A stretch of DNA of 48,811 bases from Candidatus Poribacteria bacterium (GCA_046582655.1 JAYGDX010000307.1:1-48811); one strand, 5' to 3'; counted from the stretch's first letter, positions 10,656 to 20,918 are shown. The notes: generated by a model from the sequence alone, not told the origin. Translations and numbers: made by a program.

Positions 10656-10828
10656 ATCGTCCCCCTAAAACCCAATAAATCAGCGGCAGTTTCCAACTTC
10701 CTTACTATTCTCCCATTCGATTCGTGTTAGACGCAAAACTATCAGTTTGGTTGAGATTTGTTCTAATTCAAAAAGTGGCTGACCTGAGACCAGATTCTAA
10801 AAAACTAACTCATCAGCAAACAATCAAC

Positions 10829-11725
10829 TCAGGCCAATTCTGAACCAACGATCAAATGGTATGCTTCTAAATATTTTTCACTCGTTTTACGAACCACTTC
10901 ATCAGATAATTGTGGCACTGGTGGCTGCTTATTCCAGCCAATCTCCATCAGGTAATCACGTACAAATTGTTTGTCAAAGCTTGGCTGTGGACCACCAGGA
11001 TTATACAGGTCTTTCGGCCAGAAACGAGATGAATCTGGTGTAAAGATTTCATCAATCAAAACTAGTTCTTCATTGACTAGGCCGAACTCGAATTTCGTAT
11101 CGCATAAGATCAGTCCAACACTATCCGCGTGTACACTGGCCGACCGAAACAACTCAAAACTGGTTTCAATTAGTCTGTCCGTTAGTTGGGATCCAATCTC
11201 ATCTTTCATTCGTTGGATGGAGATATTTTCGTCATGATCACCTTGTTCGGCTTTAGTCGCAGGTGTGAAGATCAGTTCTGGAAGCTGATCTGATTCGACC
11301 AATCCTTCCGGCAGTTTTTCGCCGCAGACTGTTCCGTCAGTTTGGTACTCCTTCCAGGCAGATCCGGCGATATAACCACGTACCACACATTCGATATCAA
11401 TGCGGTTAGCTCTCTGTACCAACATTGATCTTCCTTCCAACAGTGGAATATCGGACTGTTGGATTTCGGGATATTCCGCTTCATTGGTGGTAATCATGTG
11501 GTTTTTGACAATCGGTTCGGTATAGTCGAACCAAAACTCAGATATTCCTGTCAGCACCTGCCCTTTGTAAGGTATCCCGTTCGGTAGGACAAAATCATAA
11601 GCGGAGATGCGGTCAGTTGAGACAATTAACAGTTTATCTCCGAGTTCATACAGATCACGCACTTTGCCCTGATGCGTCGGATTTAAGTTGGTAAGACTCG
11701 TTTCTGTTATAGTATCTTGTATCAT
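10829..11725 (-). CDS. purC: Phosphoribosylaminoimidazole-succinocarboxamide (SAICAR) synthase
   Basis: GKVRDLY, STDRISAYD, ECVVRGYIAGS, FTPATKA, DTKFEFG, DEIFTPDSSRFW, SFDKQFVRD. ATG at 11725 is the likely start (ORF open to 11797). Confidence 0.97.
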   Translation of the reverse strand: MIQDTITETSLTNLNPTHQGKVRDLYELGDKLLIVSTDRISAYDFVLPNGIPYKGQVLTGISEFWFDYTEPIVKNHMITTNEAEYPEIQQSDIPLLEGRSMLVQRANRIDIECVVRGYIAGSAWKEYQTDGTVCGEKLPEGLVESDQLPELIFTPATKAEQGDHDENISIQRMKDEIGSQLTDRLIETSFELFRSASVHADSVGLILCDTKFEFGLVNEELVLIDEIFTPDSSRFWPKDLYNPGGPQPSFDKQFVRDYLMEIGWNKQPPVPQLSDEVVRKTSEKYLEAYHLIVGSELA

Positions 11726-11846
11726 TATCGTCCCAAAAATCAATTTAATTGTAAAAAAGTCCCACGCATTATAACACTCCGACCATACTTTAGACAATGA
11801 CGCTGTGAGATCGATTCGGATGGAATTAAAATCGGCACCTTTTTGA

Positions 11847-11875
11847 TTGACTTTTTATCTTTTTCATTTCAAAAT
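11847..11875 (+). promoter_or_regulatory. Putative sigma70 promoter for the 11917-14019 operon
   Basis: TTGACT (11847-11852), 17-nt spacer, CAAAAT (11870-11875). Confidence 0.4.
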
Positions 11876-11916
11876 GAGTGTTGCATAATATATCTACCAG
11901 ATCGAATCAGGTTAAT

Positions 11917-12276
11917 ATGGAAACAGAATTAAAAATTCGGCTGCAATCATGCCGCCAAAAACTGAAGGAAGGCAACCTGACGGATCAAGATTTAGAGCAT
12001 CTTCAGGAACTCATAACCTCTCCAAAACAGATAGTGCTTTATCTTTACTCAAAGTCAACCAACATGCGTTCTGGCATAGCAAGTTGGGCTTTATACGATC
12101 CCATGGAGCCGGACGAACCGAAACTCGCATCACAGGATTTGCCATATGCGTCCGTGATCGATGCAGTTAAAGACGGTTGGAGAATTGTACAATTCCCGAT
12201 TACAAAATTGTATCACTTCTCAGATGCAGATAATGACTATTTGGGTTATGAGTTTATTTTAGAAAAATTTGTCTAA
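11917..12276 (+). CDS. Conserved hypothetical protein (first gene of the PhyH/NHL operon)
   Basis: Coding-like ORF with PYASVIDAVKDGWRIVQFP and LGYEFILEK; ATG at 11917 after AGG; 15 nt before the next gene. Confidence 0.75.
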   Translation: METELKIRLQSCRQKLKEGNLTDQDLEHLQELITSPKQIVLYLYSKSTNMRSGIASWALYDPMEPDEPKLASQDLPYASVIDAVKDGWRIVQFPITKLYHFSDADNDYLGYEFILEKFV

Positions 12277-12291
12277 ATACCGAAAGGGAAA

Positions 12292-13107
12292 TTGAAAACT
12301 ATGCAGACAGATATCCAACCGACGATGAATGACGATACAGTAATGGACTTTATTGCTAGTGGTTATGTTGTTTTGGAAGAAGTAATCTCTAAATCTTTAA
12401 ACCAAGAATGCAAAGATTTGTCCGGTGGCGGGGTGAATGAATTTGTTCAGGGAGACGATTTTCGGCAGCATGTTCTCCTGCATCCGCAGGTTGCCGGTAT
12501 AGCGAGGTCTCTACTGGGGAAAAATTTTTTGGTGCCAATTTCAGCACACCATCATTTATTTGAACGAACACATACGGGGCAGACGTGGCATTCTGATGGG
12601 TTATCCGAATACGGTTACGGTGTCAATCATCTTCAGTGCTATTATTATCCACAGCAGGTGAAAATCGAAGATGGGCCGACCATGGTCTTGCCTGGGTCAC
12701 ATCATCGATTAATCGATCGAGAAGCAATTGCACATTACGGCGATATTCTAGGGCAAGTTTCACTGACTGTTCCTGCTGGAACTGTGGTTTTGACACATTA
12801 TGGTATCTGGCACAAAGCTGGCCCAAAGTTGAACACTAAACGTCGCGGTATGATCAAGTTCTCCTATTTCCGGAATGCACTTCCGAAACGTGATTGGAAT
12901 GAAAGTGATACCGAGAAAATACCGCCGTATAGGGCAAGAGGCCGGCACCCATATGTAACTGAAGTTGAATCCTATCGTAACAGCAGGCGACGTCAACTGA
13001 CATGGAACTGGCTTTGTGGTGTCGAAACCCCAGAGGATGTATCTCGTGGAGCTAAGCTTTTTATTAGTGCTAAACCACTTAACGAAATCAAAGAACAAAG
13101 AACCTAA
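12292..13107 (+). CDS. Phytanoyl-CoA dioxygenase (PhyH) family Fe(II)/2-oxoglutarate oxygenase
   Basis: FIASGYVVL N-terminus, WHSDG (HxD), GPTMVLPGSH, distal His in IWHKAG, Arg in KRRGMIKF. Confidence 0.9.
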   Translation: MKTMQTDIQPTMNDDTVMDFIASGYVVLEEVISKSLNQECKDLSGGGVNEFVQGDDFRQHVLLHPQVAGIARSLLGKNFLVPISAHHHLFERTHTGQTWHSDGLSEYGYGVNHLQCYYYPQQVKIEDGPTMVLPGSHHRLIDREAIAHYGDILGQVSLTVPAGTVVLTHYGIWHKAGPKLNTKRRGMIKFSYFRNALPKRDWNESDTEKIPPYRARGRHPYVTEVESYRNSRRRQLTWNWLCGVETPEDVSRGAKLFISAKPLNEIKEQRT

Positions 13108-13140
13108 ATTGCAGAATAACATTGAGCGGGAGGTCAGATA

Positions 13141-14019
13141 ATGACATTTGGTGCTGGTAAATACACTTATGCAGTTGAAGAGGGGTGGCTAACGCAATCT
13201 AGCGATTGGGAATGGGGATGGATTCCAGCAGTTGCTTGCGACTCGAAAGATAATGTTTATGTTTATTCTCGCAGTGACCATCCCCTTGTCGTTTACAATC
13301 GACAGGGAAATATGCTAGGAGTATGGGGAGAGGGTATTCTTGAACCTAAAACAGCACATGGTATTTTTATCGATCTAAACGACAACGTTTACTGTACAGA
13401 TGCTAGTACACATTGTGTTCATAAGTTCGATTCTGAGGGGAAACTGGTGATGACTCTGGGAACACCAGGGCGAACTGGAACAAAAGATGGCGATCCTTTC
13501 AATCTGGCGACTGACATCGATGTAGCTTCCAATGGTGATATATTTGTTTCCGATGGGTATGGTAATGCTCGGGTTCACCGTTATTCAGCGGATGGAAAGT
13601 TACTATTGTCGTGGGGGGAACGGGGTGATGGGCCCGGACAGTTTAGTATCTCGCACTGCGTCCGGGTCGACAAAGATGATCGCGTTTGGGTTTGTGACCG
13701 CGAAAATAACCGTATCCAGATTTTCGATTTAGACGGAAATTTCTTGACTGAATGGACAGACTTGTTACGTCCAAACACGGTCTATTTTGACAAAGCAGAT
13801 GATGTTGTCTATATTGCCGAATTAACCCACCAGTTGAGTATCTATTCTCTGGAGAGAGAATTGATTGCCCAATGGGGTGGAGCGAAATCAAGTGATCAAC
13901 TAGGTGAATTCATCGGTGGCCCACATGGTCTCTGGGTCGATTCACACGGCGACATTTACGTTGGTGAAGTTGAATTAGGGGAAAGAAGCAGAATCCAAAA
14001 ATTCATCCGTCAGACTTAG
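13141..14019 (+). CDS. NHL-repeat beta-propeller, peptidyl-alpha-hydroxyglycine alpha-amidating lyase (PAL)-like
   Basis: NHL repeats (AHGIFID, TDIDVASNGDIFVSDGYGNARVH, SHCVRVD...VCDRENNRIQIF, PHGLWVDSHGDIYVGE); DGYGN and DRENxRIQ are PAL-like; GGGAGG RBS. Confidence 0.85.
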   Translation: MTFGAGKYTYAVEEGWLTQSSDWEWGWIPAVACDSKDNVYVYSRSDHPLVVYNRQGNMLGVWGEGILEPKTAHGIFIDLNDNVYCTDASTHCVHKFDSEGKLVMTLGTPGRTGTKDGDPFNLATDIDVASNGDIFVSDGYGNARVHRYSADGKLLLSWGERGDGPGQFSISHCVRVDKDDRVWVCDRENNRIQIFDLDGNFLTEWTDLLRPNTVYFDKADDVVYIAELTHQLSIYSLERELIAQWGGAKSSDQLGEFIGGPHGLWVDSHGDIYVGEVELGERSRIQKFIRQT

Positions 14020-14025
14020 ATACTG

Positions 14026-15465
14026 TCAGGCTAAAATATCGTGTACCAGATTCCCGTGTACATCAGTTAAACGGAAATGTCGGCCTTGATACTTGAAAGT
14101 TAATTGTTCGTGGTCAATACCTAACAAGTGAAGTAGGGTTGCTTGAAAATCATACACATGAACCGGATTTTGAGCGATATTATACCCGTAAGGATCGGTT
14201 TCCCCGTAGGTTGTCCCCGGCTTAATTCCACCACCAGCTAACCAAACTGTAAAACACCGTGGATGGTGATCGCGGCCATAATCGATGGTAGTTAGTTTTC
14301 CTTGGCAATAGCATGTACGCCCGAACTCTCCGCCCCAGATAACCAGTGTGTCTTCAAGCATCCCACGCTGTTTCAGATCAGCAACCAAAGCGGCGGAAGC
14401 TTGGTCTGTTTCCTTACACTGCCGACGAATACCATTAGGCAATCCCCCGTGTTGATCCCAGCCCTGATGATAAAGTTGGATAAAGCGTACGTCCCGTTCG
14501 GCTAGTCTTCGGGCTAGAAGGCAATTGGCTGCAAACGTGCCTGGTGTTCGTGAATCGGAGCCATACATGTCAAAGATATAATCCGGTTCTTCAGACAGGT
14601 CCATAACTTCCGGAACAGAGGTCTGCATACGATAAGCCATTTCGTATTGCGCCACCCGCGTTTGAATCTCCGGATCAATCTCGCGATCGTACTGCAGTTG
14701 ATGCAAATCATGGAGACGATCCAGCATTAAACGGCGACAGGCTGGCGATACACCATCAGGATTGGTCAAATAAAGCACGGGATCTTTACCGGATCTAAAC
14801 TGAATTCCCTGAAATTTTGAAGGTAAGAATCCGTTACCCCAGAGTCGAGCATAGAGTGGTTGACCGCCTTTGTCTTTAGTAACGAGAACACAGAAATCCG
14901 GCAAATTTTTGTTCATGCTTCCCATACCATAGCTGATCCATGACCCCATTGAAGGCCGACCGGAAATCTGAGAACCAGTTTGAAAAAAGGTGATGGCAGG
15001 ATCGTGGTTGATCGCCTCGGTATGCATCGATTTGATAAAGCAGAGTTCATCTGCGATCTCCGAGGTATGAGGAAGTAAGTCACTGATCCAAGCGCCGGAT
15101 TGTCCATGTTGCTTAAATTTAAAAGCTGTACCTGCCAATGGCAGCGTAGCTTGGTTAGCCGACATTCCTGTTAATCTCTGACCTCGTCGAACCGAATCGG
15201 GCAATTCTTCCGCTTGCTTTTGATTCAACAATGGTTTGTGATCAAATAGGTCTATCTGTGATGGTCCTCCGCTTTGAAAAAGATAGATGATGCGTTTGGC
15301 TTTTGGTACAAAATGCTGGCTACTGCTGGCAATCTGACCAGTGATTTTGTCTGCAGTAGCGGTTGCTTGGCTGGTTGGAAGAAGCTGAGATAAGGCAAAG
15401 CTACCAAGTCCAAGCCCCGTTTTGGACAAGAACGCTCTTCGGGTCGTTTTAATGAGATCTTGCAT
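14026..15465 (-). CDS. DUF1501 domain protein (Tat-exported)
   Basis: TRRAFL twin-arginine motif, KAKRIIYLFQSGGPSQIDLFD, CLLARRLAERDVRFIQ, GWDQH, WGGEFGRT, GRDHHP. Confidence 0.93.
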   Translation of the reverse strand: MQDLIKTTRRAFLSKTGLGLGSFALSQLLPTSQATATADKITGQIASSSQHFVPKAKRIIYLFQSGGPSQIDLFDHKPLLNQKQAEELPDSVRRGQRLTGMSANQATLPLAGTAFKFKQHGQSGAWISDLLPHTSEIADELCFIKSMHTEAINHDPAITFFQTGSQISGRPSMGSWISYGMGSMNKNLPDFCVLVTKDKGGQPLYARLWGNGFLPSKFQGIQFRSGKDPVLYLTNPDGVSPACRRLMLDRLHDLHQLQYDREIDPEIQTRVAQYEMAYRMQTSVPEVMDLSEEPDYIFDMYGSDSRTPGTFAANCLLARRLAERDVRFIQLYHQGWDQHGGLPNGIRRQCKETDQASAALVADLKQRGMLEDTLVIWGGEFGRTCYCQGKLTTIDYGRDHHPRCFTVWLAGGGIKPGTTYGETDPYGYNIAQNPVHVYDFQATLLHLLGIDHEQLTFKYQGRHFRLTDVHGNLVHDILA

Positions 15466-15608
15466 GACCTTTTTCTCTCCGAGTAATTTTTTAGTTTCCA
15501 GATGTAGGCACTGATTCAGGACACGTTAAAACAGCTATAATTATAGCATGCATCAACTAAAAAGTGAAGATTCAACTTCAAACCCAATGCACCCATTTAA
15601 GGATAAAG

Positions 15609-16673
15609 TTAAGTTTTCAGTTGTACCGGTTCTCCCAATTCAGCACTTTTCAAAATAGCTTCCATCATTTGTTGAACAACAAGTCCATGTTGAAGTGGTG
15701 CTTTGCAGATAACACCATCCAAAATACATTCAATGAAATGTGATGCCACCCGTTCAAATGGTAACGACTGTTTTTCAACTTCAGGTGTTAGATCCTGAGG
15801 CTCATTATCTATCATACGGTAGATGGTAAGTGGATTGGTTTTTGCTCCTGCATCCGTTCCGAAGAGTTCAATTTGGAGTTCGTTAGGACGATGTGCGGCC
15901 CAGAAACTCTCGATTTGAATGCTAACGCCACCTTCAAACATAATAAAACCAGTACCATAATCATCGGCTGCAAATTGTTCATAGATAGCTTTTTCAGGGG
16001 GACGCCCATTGTATCCAAGGCCACGAGGACCGAACTTAGCCCCGGCTGTCCCCAATGCGTAAATCGGTTTAGGGGCACCTAAGAGCCACCACGAAGCATC
16101 AAGAACATGGACACCCATATCTCGGAATGCCCCACCACCGGCCCGAATGAAATCCATGCGAAGCTGATCTTTTCCTCTCCAAATTGGTATGCCGTTTCTG
16201 CGAAAACTCCGCGCTTTAGCATAATAGAGCTCTCCAAAATAGCCTTCTTGGTCCAATTGACCAAGATGTTGACAAGCATCGCCGAACCGATGTCCCAAGG
16301 ACATCATGTTGACAACTCCACTGGCCTCTGCTTCTTCCACCAATTGTTGGGCTGCTTCTTCAGAATCTGCCAGTGGCTTTGTCGTCATCACGTGTTTGCC
16401 ATTGCGGACCACCTCTAGCCCAACGGGCACATGCCATTGATTCGGTGTGCCTACAAAGACTGCATCTATGTCTGGGTCTTGACACATTACCTTGTAATCG
16501 GTGTAATACTTGACCGGACTCGGCAGGTCTGAGGCGAAATCTTTCATTCTATCCTCGGCCAGATCGCAGAGAGCCACAATTTCGCCACGCGGATTAGCGA
16601 ACAACGCTTTTCCATTGGGTCTACCAATTCCCATGCCGACAATTGCAATTCTGACTTTGTCCATTTTATTCAA
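15609..16673 (-). CDS. Gfo/Idh/MocA family oxidoreductase, close paralogue of 1653-2705
   Basis: KVRIAIVGMGIGRPNG, DAVFVGTPNQWHVP, GGGAFRDMGVHVLD. Alternative ATG start at 16664. Confidence 0.93.
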   Translation of the reverse strand: MNKMDKVRIAIVGMGIGRPNGKALFANPRGEIVALCDLAEDRMKDFASDLPSPVKYYTDYKVMCQDPDIDAVFVGTPNQWHVPVGLEVVRNGKHVMTTKPLADSEEAAQQLVEEAEASGVVNMMSLGHRFGDACQHLGQLDQEGYFGELYYAKARSFRRNGIPIWRGKDQLRMDFIRAGGGAFRDMGVHVLDASWWLLGAPKPIYALGTAGAKFGPRGLGYNGRPPEKAIYEQFAADDYGTGFIMFEGGVSIQIESFWAAHRPNELQIELFGTDAGAKTNPLTIYRMIDNEPQDLTPEVEKQSLPFERVASHFIECILDGVICKAPLQHGLVVQQMMEAILKSAELGEPVQLKT

Positions 16674-16779
16674 ACCCGTTTTTTGATAGTGAAAAAGTTG
16701 TCTCTCAGTACCAGACCTTTAAGCTGCTAATGCCATTTGATTTACAACTGGATATTATAATGCTTTTCAGATTCTGTGT

Positions 16780-17604
16780 TTACGGGATGCTGACTAGCAA
16801 ATCTTGGAGATATTTTATAGTGTCTCGAATCCCGGTTGTTGAATCAAGGTCTGGTTCTTTAGGAACGGACCTTTCAATGCACAATGGTCCCTGATAACCC
16901 GAATCTTTGAGGATTTCGAGGCTTGTCTTTAGATTGTACGATTTCACACTTTCATTTGCCTGATGGTCCCATGACTGTTGGCCATCAGGGCTATAGTTAA
17001 ATACTTTTACATGGCATGAAAACGCGCGAGGTGCCAAAACTCTCATTCCGTCCTCCCAATCATCAGGCAAGAAATTCGCTGTATCAGGACAAGTTCCGAA
17101 CCAATCCGAATCAAGGCGTGCTAAGATTGCAGATAACCCATTAGAATGAGCAGAAAGTCCGCCATGGTTTTCCATCAGCAGTTTAACTCCAACTTGTTGA
17201 CCAACATCAGCTAGCTCTTGATAGGCATCAACAACACGACTAAGCGCGCCAGAGTCATCAGCATGTCCAGTGTTGATTCGAATAGCGGGTGAATTGATGG
17301 CAGATGCCACATAAAACCACTGCTTTAAGCTTTCAATGTCAGTTCGTCGAATTGAGGGATCAGCGCCAGCCAAGTTTCCCATATCGACCGCAATATTCCG
17401 GACGGAAAGACCTTGCTCTTCCAAAACGCTACGCAAATCATTGAGATATCGTGCCTTTTGACTGTCAAAAAATGCCGAACAGAGCTCTACCGTTTTAATG
17501 TCATGGGAAGCACAGGTAGCAGGAAACTCTAGAAGCGTAAGCGTTTTGTCGTGAAGGATTTGACGAGAATAAAGCCAACCGGCAATCCCAATCTCGTTTT
17601 GCAT
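16780..17604 (-). CDS. Sugar phosphate isomerase/epimerase (xylose-isomerase-like TIM barrel)
   Basis: IRINTG, LLMENHGG, CPDTANF, CHVK, GYQGPLCIE metal-ligand motifs; AAGGAG RBS. Confidence 0.9.
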   Translation of the reverse strand: MQNEIGIAGWLYSRQILHDKTLTLLEFPATCASHDIKTVELCSAFFDSQKARYLNDLRSVLEEQGLSVRNIAVDMGNLAGADPSIRRTDIESLKQWFYVASAINSPAIRINTGHADDSGALSRVVDAYQELADVGQQVGVKLLMENHGGLSAHSNGLSAILARLDSDWFGTCPDTANFLPDDWEDGMRVLAPRAFSCHVKVFNYSPDGQQSWDHQANESVKSYNLKTSLEILKDSGYQGPLCIERSVPKEPDLDSTTGIRDTIKYLQDLLVSIP

Positions 17605-17638
17605 TCTGCACTCCTTTTCGAGGTGAATTAAGCGTCAA

Positions 17639-20600
17639 TTAACGTTTAGTAATTGTGTCATCAAAGTTCAACATAGTGCTAGCCACAGTAGTTGCTGTCG
17701 CGGCTTGAGTTGATGGAAGAGATAGATCGCGTTCTTTTTCACCAGTGGCTAGCAACTTTTCGGCTTGATCTGGATTCGCCTCAAAAATCCTTTGCTGTTC
17801 TTGGTAAAGTTTTTTCAGTATCTCAATCTCTTTTTCAGTTGGATGACGTCCAGTGGTCAAACGAAAAACAAACTGAATCTGTTCTGGTAAAGTTTCACCA
17901 CCCTCTTTTAGCATCCGCTGGCCCAAAAAGAGCGATGCCTCGACGAATTGTGTATCGTTCAGGAGCAAAAGTGCCTGCATAGGTGTGTTGGTTTCTCTTC
18001 GTTTAACAACACATACATCACGTTTAGCCGCGTCAAAAATCATCAGCGAAGGTGGTGGTGAGGTTCGTTTCCAAAAAGTATACAAGCTTCTGCGATAAAG
18101 CCCGTCTCCTTTATCATGTTCGTATGTTCTACCCGATTTTTCTTTCCACAATCCAGCGGGTTGATAGGGTTTCACGCTGGCTCCGCCAACTTTATCGACC
18201 AACAGTCCACTTACATATAATGCGTTATCTCGGATCATTTCAGCAGTTAGCCGAGCTCTAGGACCACGTGCAAATAAGCGATTCTCCGGATCTTTTTCCA
18301 AAAGTTCGGGTGAAGGAACAGACGATTGACGATAGGTAGCTGACATAACAATCAGTTTAATCATTTCTTTTTGATTCCAACCAGAATCGACGAATCTCTT
18401 TGCTAACCAGTCTAATAACAGTGGGTGTGATGGCCGTTCACCTTGACTACCGAAGTCTTCAGGTGTGGGGACAATTCCCCTATTGAAGAATATTTGCCAG
18501 TAACGATTGACAGCCACACGTGCAGTCAGGGGATTCTTAGGATTTATCAACCATCTGGCAAGTCCTAAACGGTTCTTTGGAGCATCCTTCGAAAAAGGGA
18601 GAATACTGGCTGGAGTATCAGGAGCAACCTGTTCCCCACGATCATCATAGGCACCACGTTTCAGCACATAAGTCGGACGCCGTTTTGATAGCTCGATCAT
18701 GGTCATAATCTCTGAGACAGGGTCAATGGCTTTGTTGTATTCATCTCTGCGTTTCATCAACTCAGTTAATTGGTTCTGATAAATTTCATCATAGTTGACC
18801 AGATAATATTGATAGTAATCCTCTTGTTTTTCTTGGTTGTGAATTAGATCTTTCGAAACTATGTCCAATGTCTCTTGGCTATGAAGGTAAGTAATTTCAA
18901 GAGGTGTTAGACAACGATCAAAAACCTGGAATTCGTCAACCGAACCATTTTTGAACCCTCGGTCTCGAAACCGCTGACCGATGGTTAAATGAATTTCTCC
19001 ACCACCTATAATAGTCTTGTAAAGATTATCTCTTACAATTTGAGTGTCGGCAACCATACCGTTTAGGTAGAGTCGAAGTCCGTTACCACGACTAGACCCA
19101 TCATAAGTAACAACAACGTGGATCCAAGCGCCTTTAGGTATCTGTTGCTTAGTACGAACCCGAATGGCGTTTCCTGGCCAGAAATGAATCAGAGACGCGC
19201 TAAGCTTGCCGTCTTCGATCAACAATTGGTACCCGCGACTGCCAGCATCTGTCCATGAACGGGACCGATGGAAAACTACCGACCTATCCTTGTAATCCGG
19301 TGTTTGCATCCATAGTGCAATTGAGAATGGATTGGCACGGTCAAAAGCACCAACATCTTTGAAAACAACGCTGTTCTCACCGCTGAGTTGTAATCCTTTT
19401 CCACGACGACCTGAAATGATCTTTGGATTATCATGAATCGTGCCTGGTTTCTCTGAATCAGCGTGGTTTGGTACATTACTTTCTACAATATCATCAAAAG
19501 AATAATTACCTGTTAGCCCTTGGATTTTCGCTGTTTCGGGAGGATTCTGTGCCCATTCGGTAAATGCACTTTTTCTTTGGGAAACCAGGTCTTCAAGTGT
19601 ACTCTCGGCATCGATCACCTGCTGTTCTAATTCGGTTAATTTGCCTTCGGCTTCGGAATCGGTCATCAAAAGAGTTGGAGTGGGAACCGCGTTTGTGAAA
19701 TGCGAATAGAGTCCACTTTCATCAATATTATTAAAAAAAGCTGAGAGGCTATAATAATCCTTTTGAGAAATTGGGTCGTATTTATGGTTATGGCACTGGG
19801 CACACTCAATCGTCAACCCCAAAAAAGATGTCCCAAAAGTATGTGTCCGGTCAGAAACATATTCGACGCGATATTCTTCTTCAACACTACCACCTTCGTT
19901 CGTTTGTCGATGAAGACGATTAAAAGCTGTGGCTAATTGCTGCTCGCGGGTTGGTTCAGGTAACAAATCACCCGCCAATTGCCAAGTGACAAATTGGTCA
20001 TAAGGTAGATTAGTGTTAAAGGCTTTGATCACCCAATCTCTCCAAGGTGACATATCCCGATGAACGTCACTTTGATACCCATAGGAATCAGCATAGCGTG
20101 AAAGATCGAGCCAGATTGATGCCATTCTTTCTCCAAAACGAGGTGACGCCAGTAAAAGATCAACTAGATTTTCGTAAGCCGATGGAGATTTGTCAGCCAG
20201 GAAAACATCGATTTCCTTTACTGTTGGTGGGAGACCGATAATATCGAAACTCAACCTTCGGATCAACCGTTCTTTGCTAGCTTCGGTAGAAGGCTGAAGA
20301 TTTTCCTGTTTGAGACGTTCTAACACAAACTGATCGAGTTGGTTTTTCGGCCAAGTACTATTCTTGAGTTCAGGAACAGGAACATCTTTGATTGGAATTA
20401 GAGACCAGTGTTTTTGGTATTCAGCACCTTCTTCAATCCATTGCTTGATCAGTGTAATGTCTTCCTGAGCCAAAGGCCGCTTAAACTCGGGGCGTGGCAT
20501 GACGTGGGCTGGATCAGTCGAAATGATACGCCGATAAAGCTCGCTCTGTTCCGGATGGTTGGGATTAACGATGTAAATATCATTTCGTTGCTCAAATAGG

Positions 20601-20815
20601 CTATCCATTTTATCCAACCGAAGATTTGCCTTTCTAACGTTGTTATCTGGTCCGTGACAAGCATAGCAACGATCAGAAAAGATAGGACGGATCTGACGAT
20701 CGAAGTCGATCTTTGCGGTACTCCATCCAGCGAATAGGACAGACAGCATTAACCAATTCAAGGTCTTTTTGAATAATGATTTGTTCAATTTTTTGTTCTC
20801 TAATTTTTTTTGCAT
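17639..20815 (-). CDS. Planctomycete-type cytochrome c / DUF1549 / DUF1553 protein with an inserted LamG-like domain
   Basis: IDFDRQIRPIFSDRCYACHG heme motif, second CAQCH, WLDLSRYADS, NPLTARVAVNRYWQ, PSHPLLLDWLA, RRSLYTFWKR, TNTPMQAL; central FSIALWMQT...WIHVVVTYDG...GSVDEFQVF LamG insert. ORF open to 20833. Confidence 0.93.
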   Translation of the reverse strand: MQKKLENKKLNKSLFKKTLNWLMLSVLFAGWSTAKIDFDRQIRPIFSDRCYACHGPDNNVRKANLRLDKMDSLFEQRNDIYIVNPNHPEQSELYRRIISTDPAHVMPRPEFKRPLAQEDITLIKQWIEEGAEYQKHWSLIPIKDVPVPELKNSTWPKNQLDQFVLERLKQENLQPSTEASKERLIRRLSFDIIGLPPTVKEIDVFLADKSPSAYENLVDLLLASPRFGERMASIWLDLSRYADSYGYQSDVHRDMSPWRDWVIKAFNTNLPYDQFVTWQLAGDLLPEPTREQQLATAFNRLHRQTNEGGSVEEEYRVEYVSDRTHTFGTSFLGLTIECAQCHNHKYDPISQKDYYSLSAFFNNIDESGLYSHFTNAVPTPTLLMTDSEAEGKLTELEQQVIDAESTLEDLVSQRKSAFTEWAQNPPETAKIQGLTGNYSFDDIVESNVPNHADSEKPGTIHDNPKIISGRRGKGLQLSGENSVVFKDVGAFDRANPFSIALWMQTPDYKDRSVVFHRSRSWTDAGSRGYQLLIEDGKLSASLIHFWPGNAIRVRTKQQIPKGAWIHVVVTYDGSSRGNGLRLYLNGMVADTQIVRDNLYKTIIGGGEIHLTIGQRFRDRGFKNGSVDEFQVFDRCLTPLEITYLHSQETLDIVSKDLIHNQEKQEDYYQYYLVNYDEIYQNQLTELMKRRDEYNKAIDPVSEIMTMIELSKRRPTYVLKRGAYDDRGEQVAPDTPASILPFSKDAPKNRLGLARWLINPKNPLTARVAVNRYWQIFFNRGIVPTPEDFGSQGERPSHPLLLDWLAKRFVDSGWNQKEMIKLIVMSATYRQSSVPSPELLEKDPENRLFARGPRARLTAEMIRDNALYVSGLLVDKVGGASVKPYQPAGLWKEKSGRTYEHDKGDGLYRRSLYTFWKRTSPPPSLMIFDAAKRDVCVVKRRETNTPMQALLLLNDTQFVEASLFLGQRMLKEGGETLPEQIQFVFRLTTGRHPTEKEIEILKKLYQEQQRIFEANPDQAEKLLATGEKERDLSLPSTQAATATTVASTMLNFDDTITKR

Positions 20816-20918
20816 GTTCTTTCTTAGTACCAAGAATATTGACCTATTTTAAGAACATTAGGGAGCACCTTCCTAATTGTTCAAATAGGGAATAGTTAAA
20901 TCCACTAAATGGGGAGCC

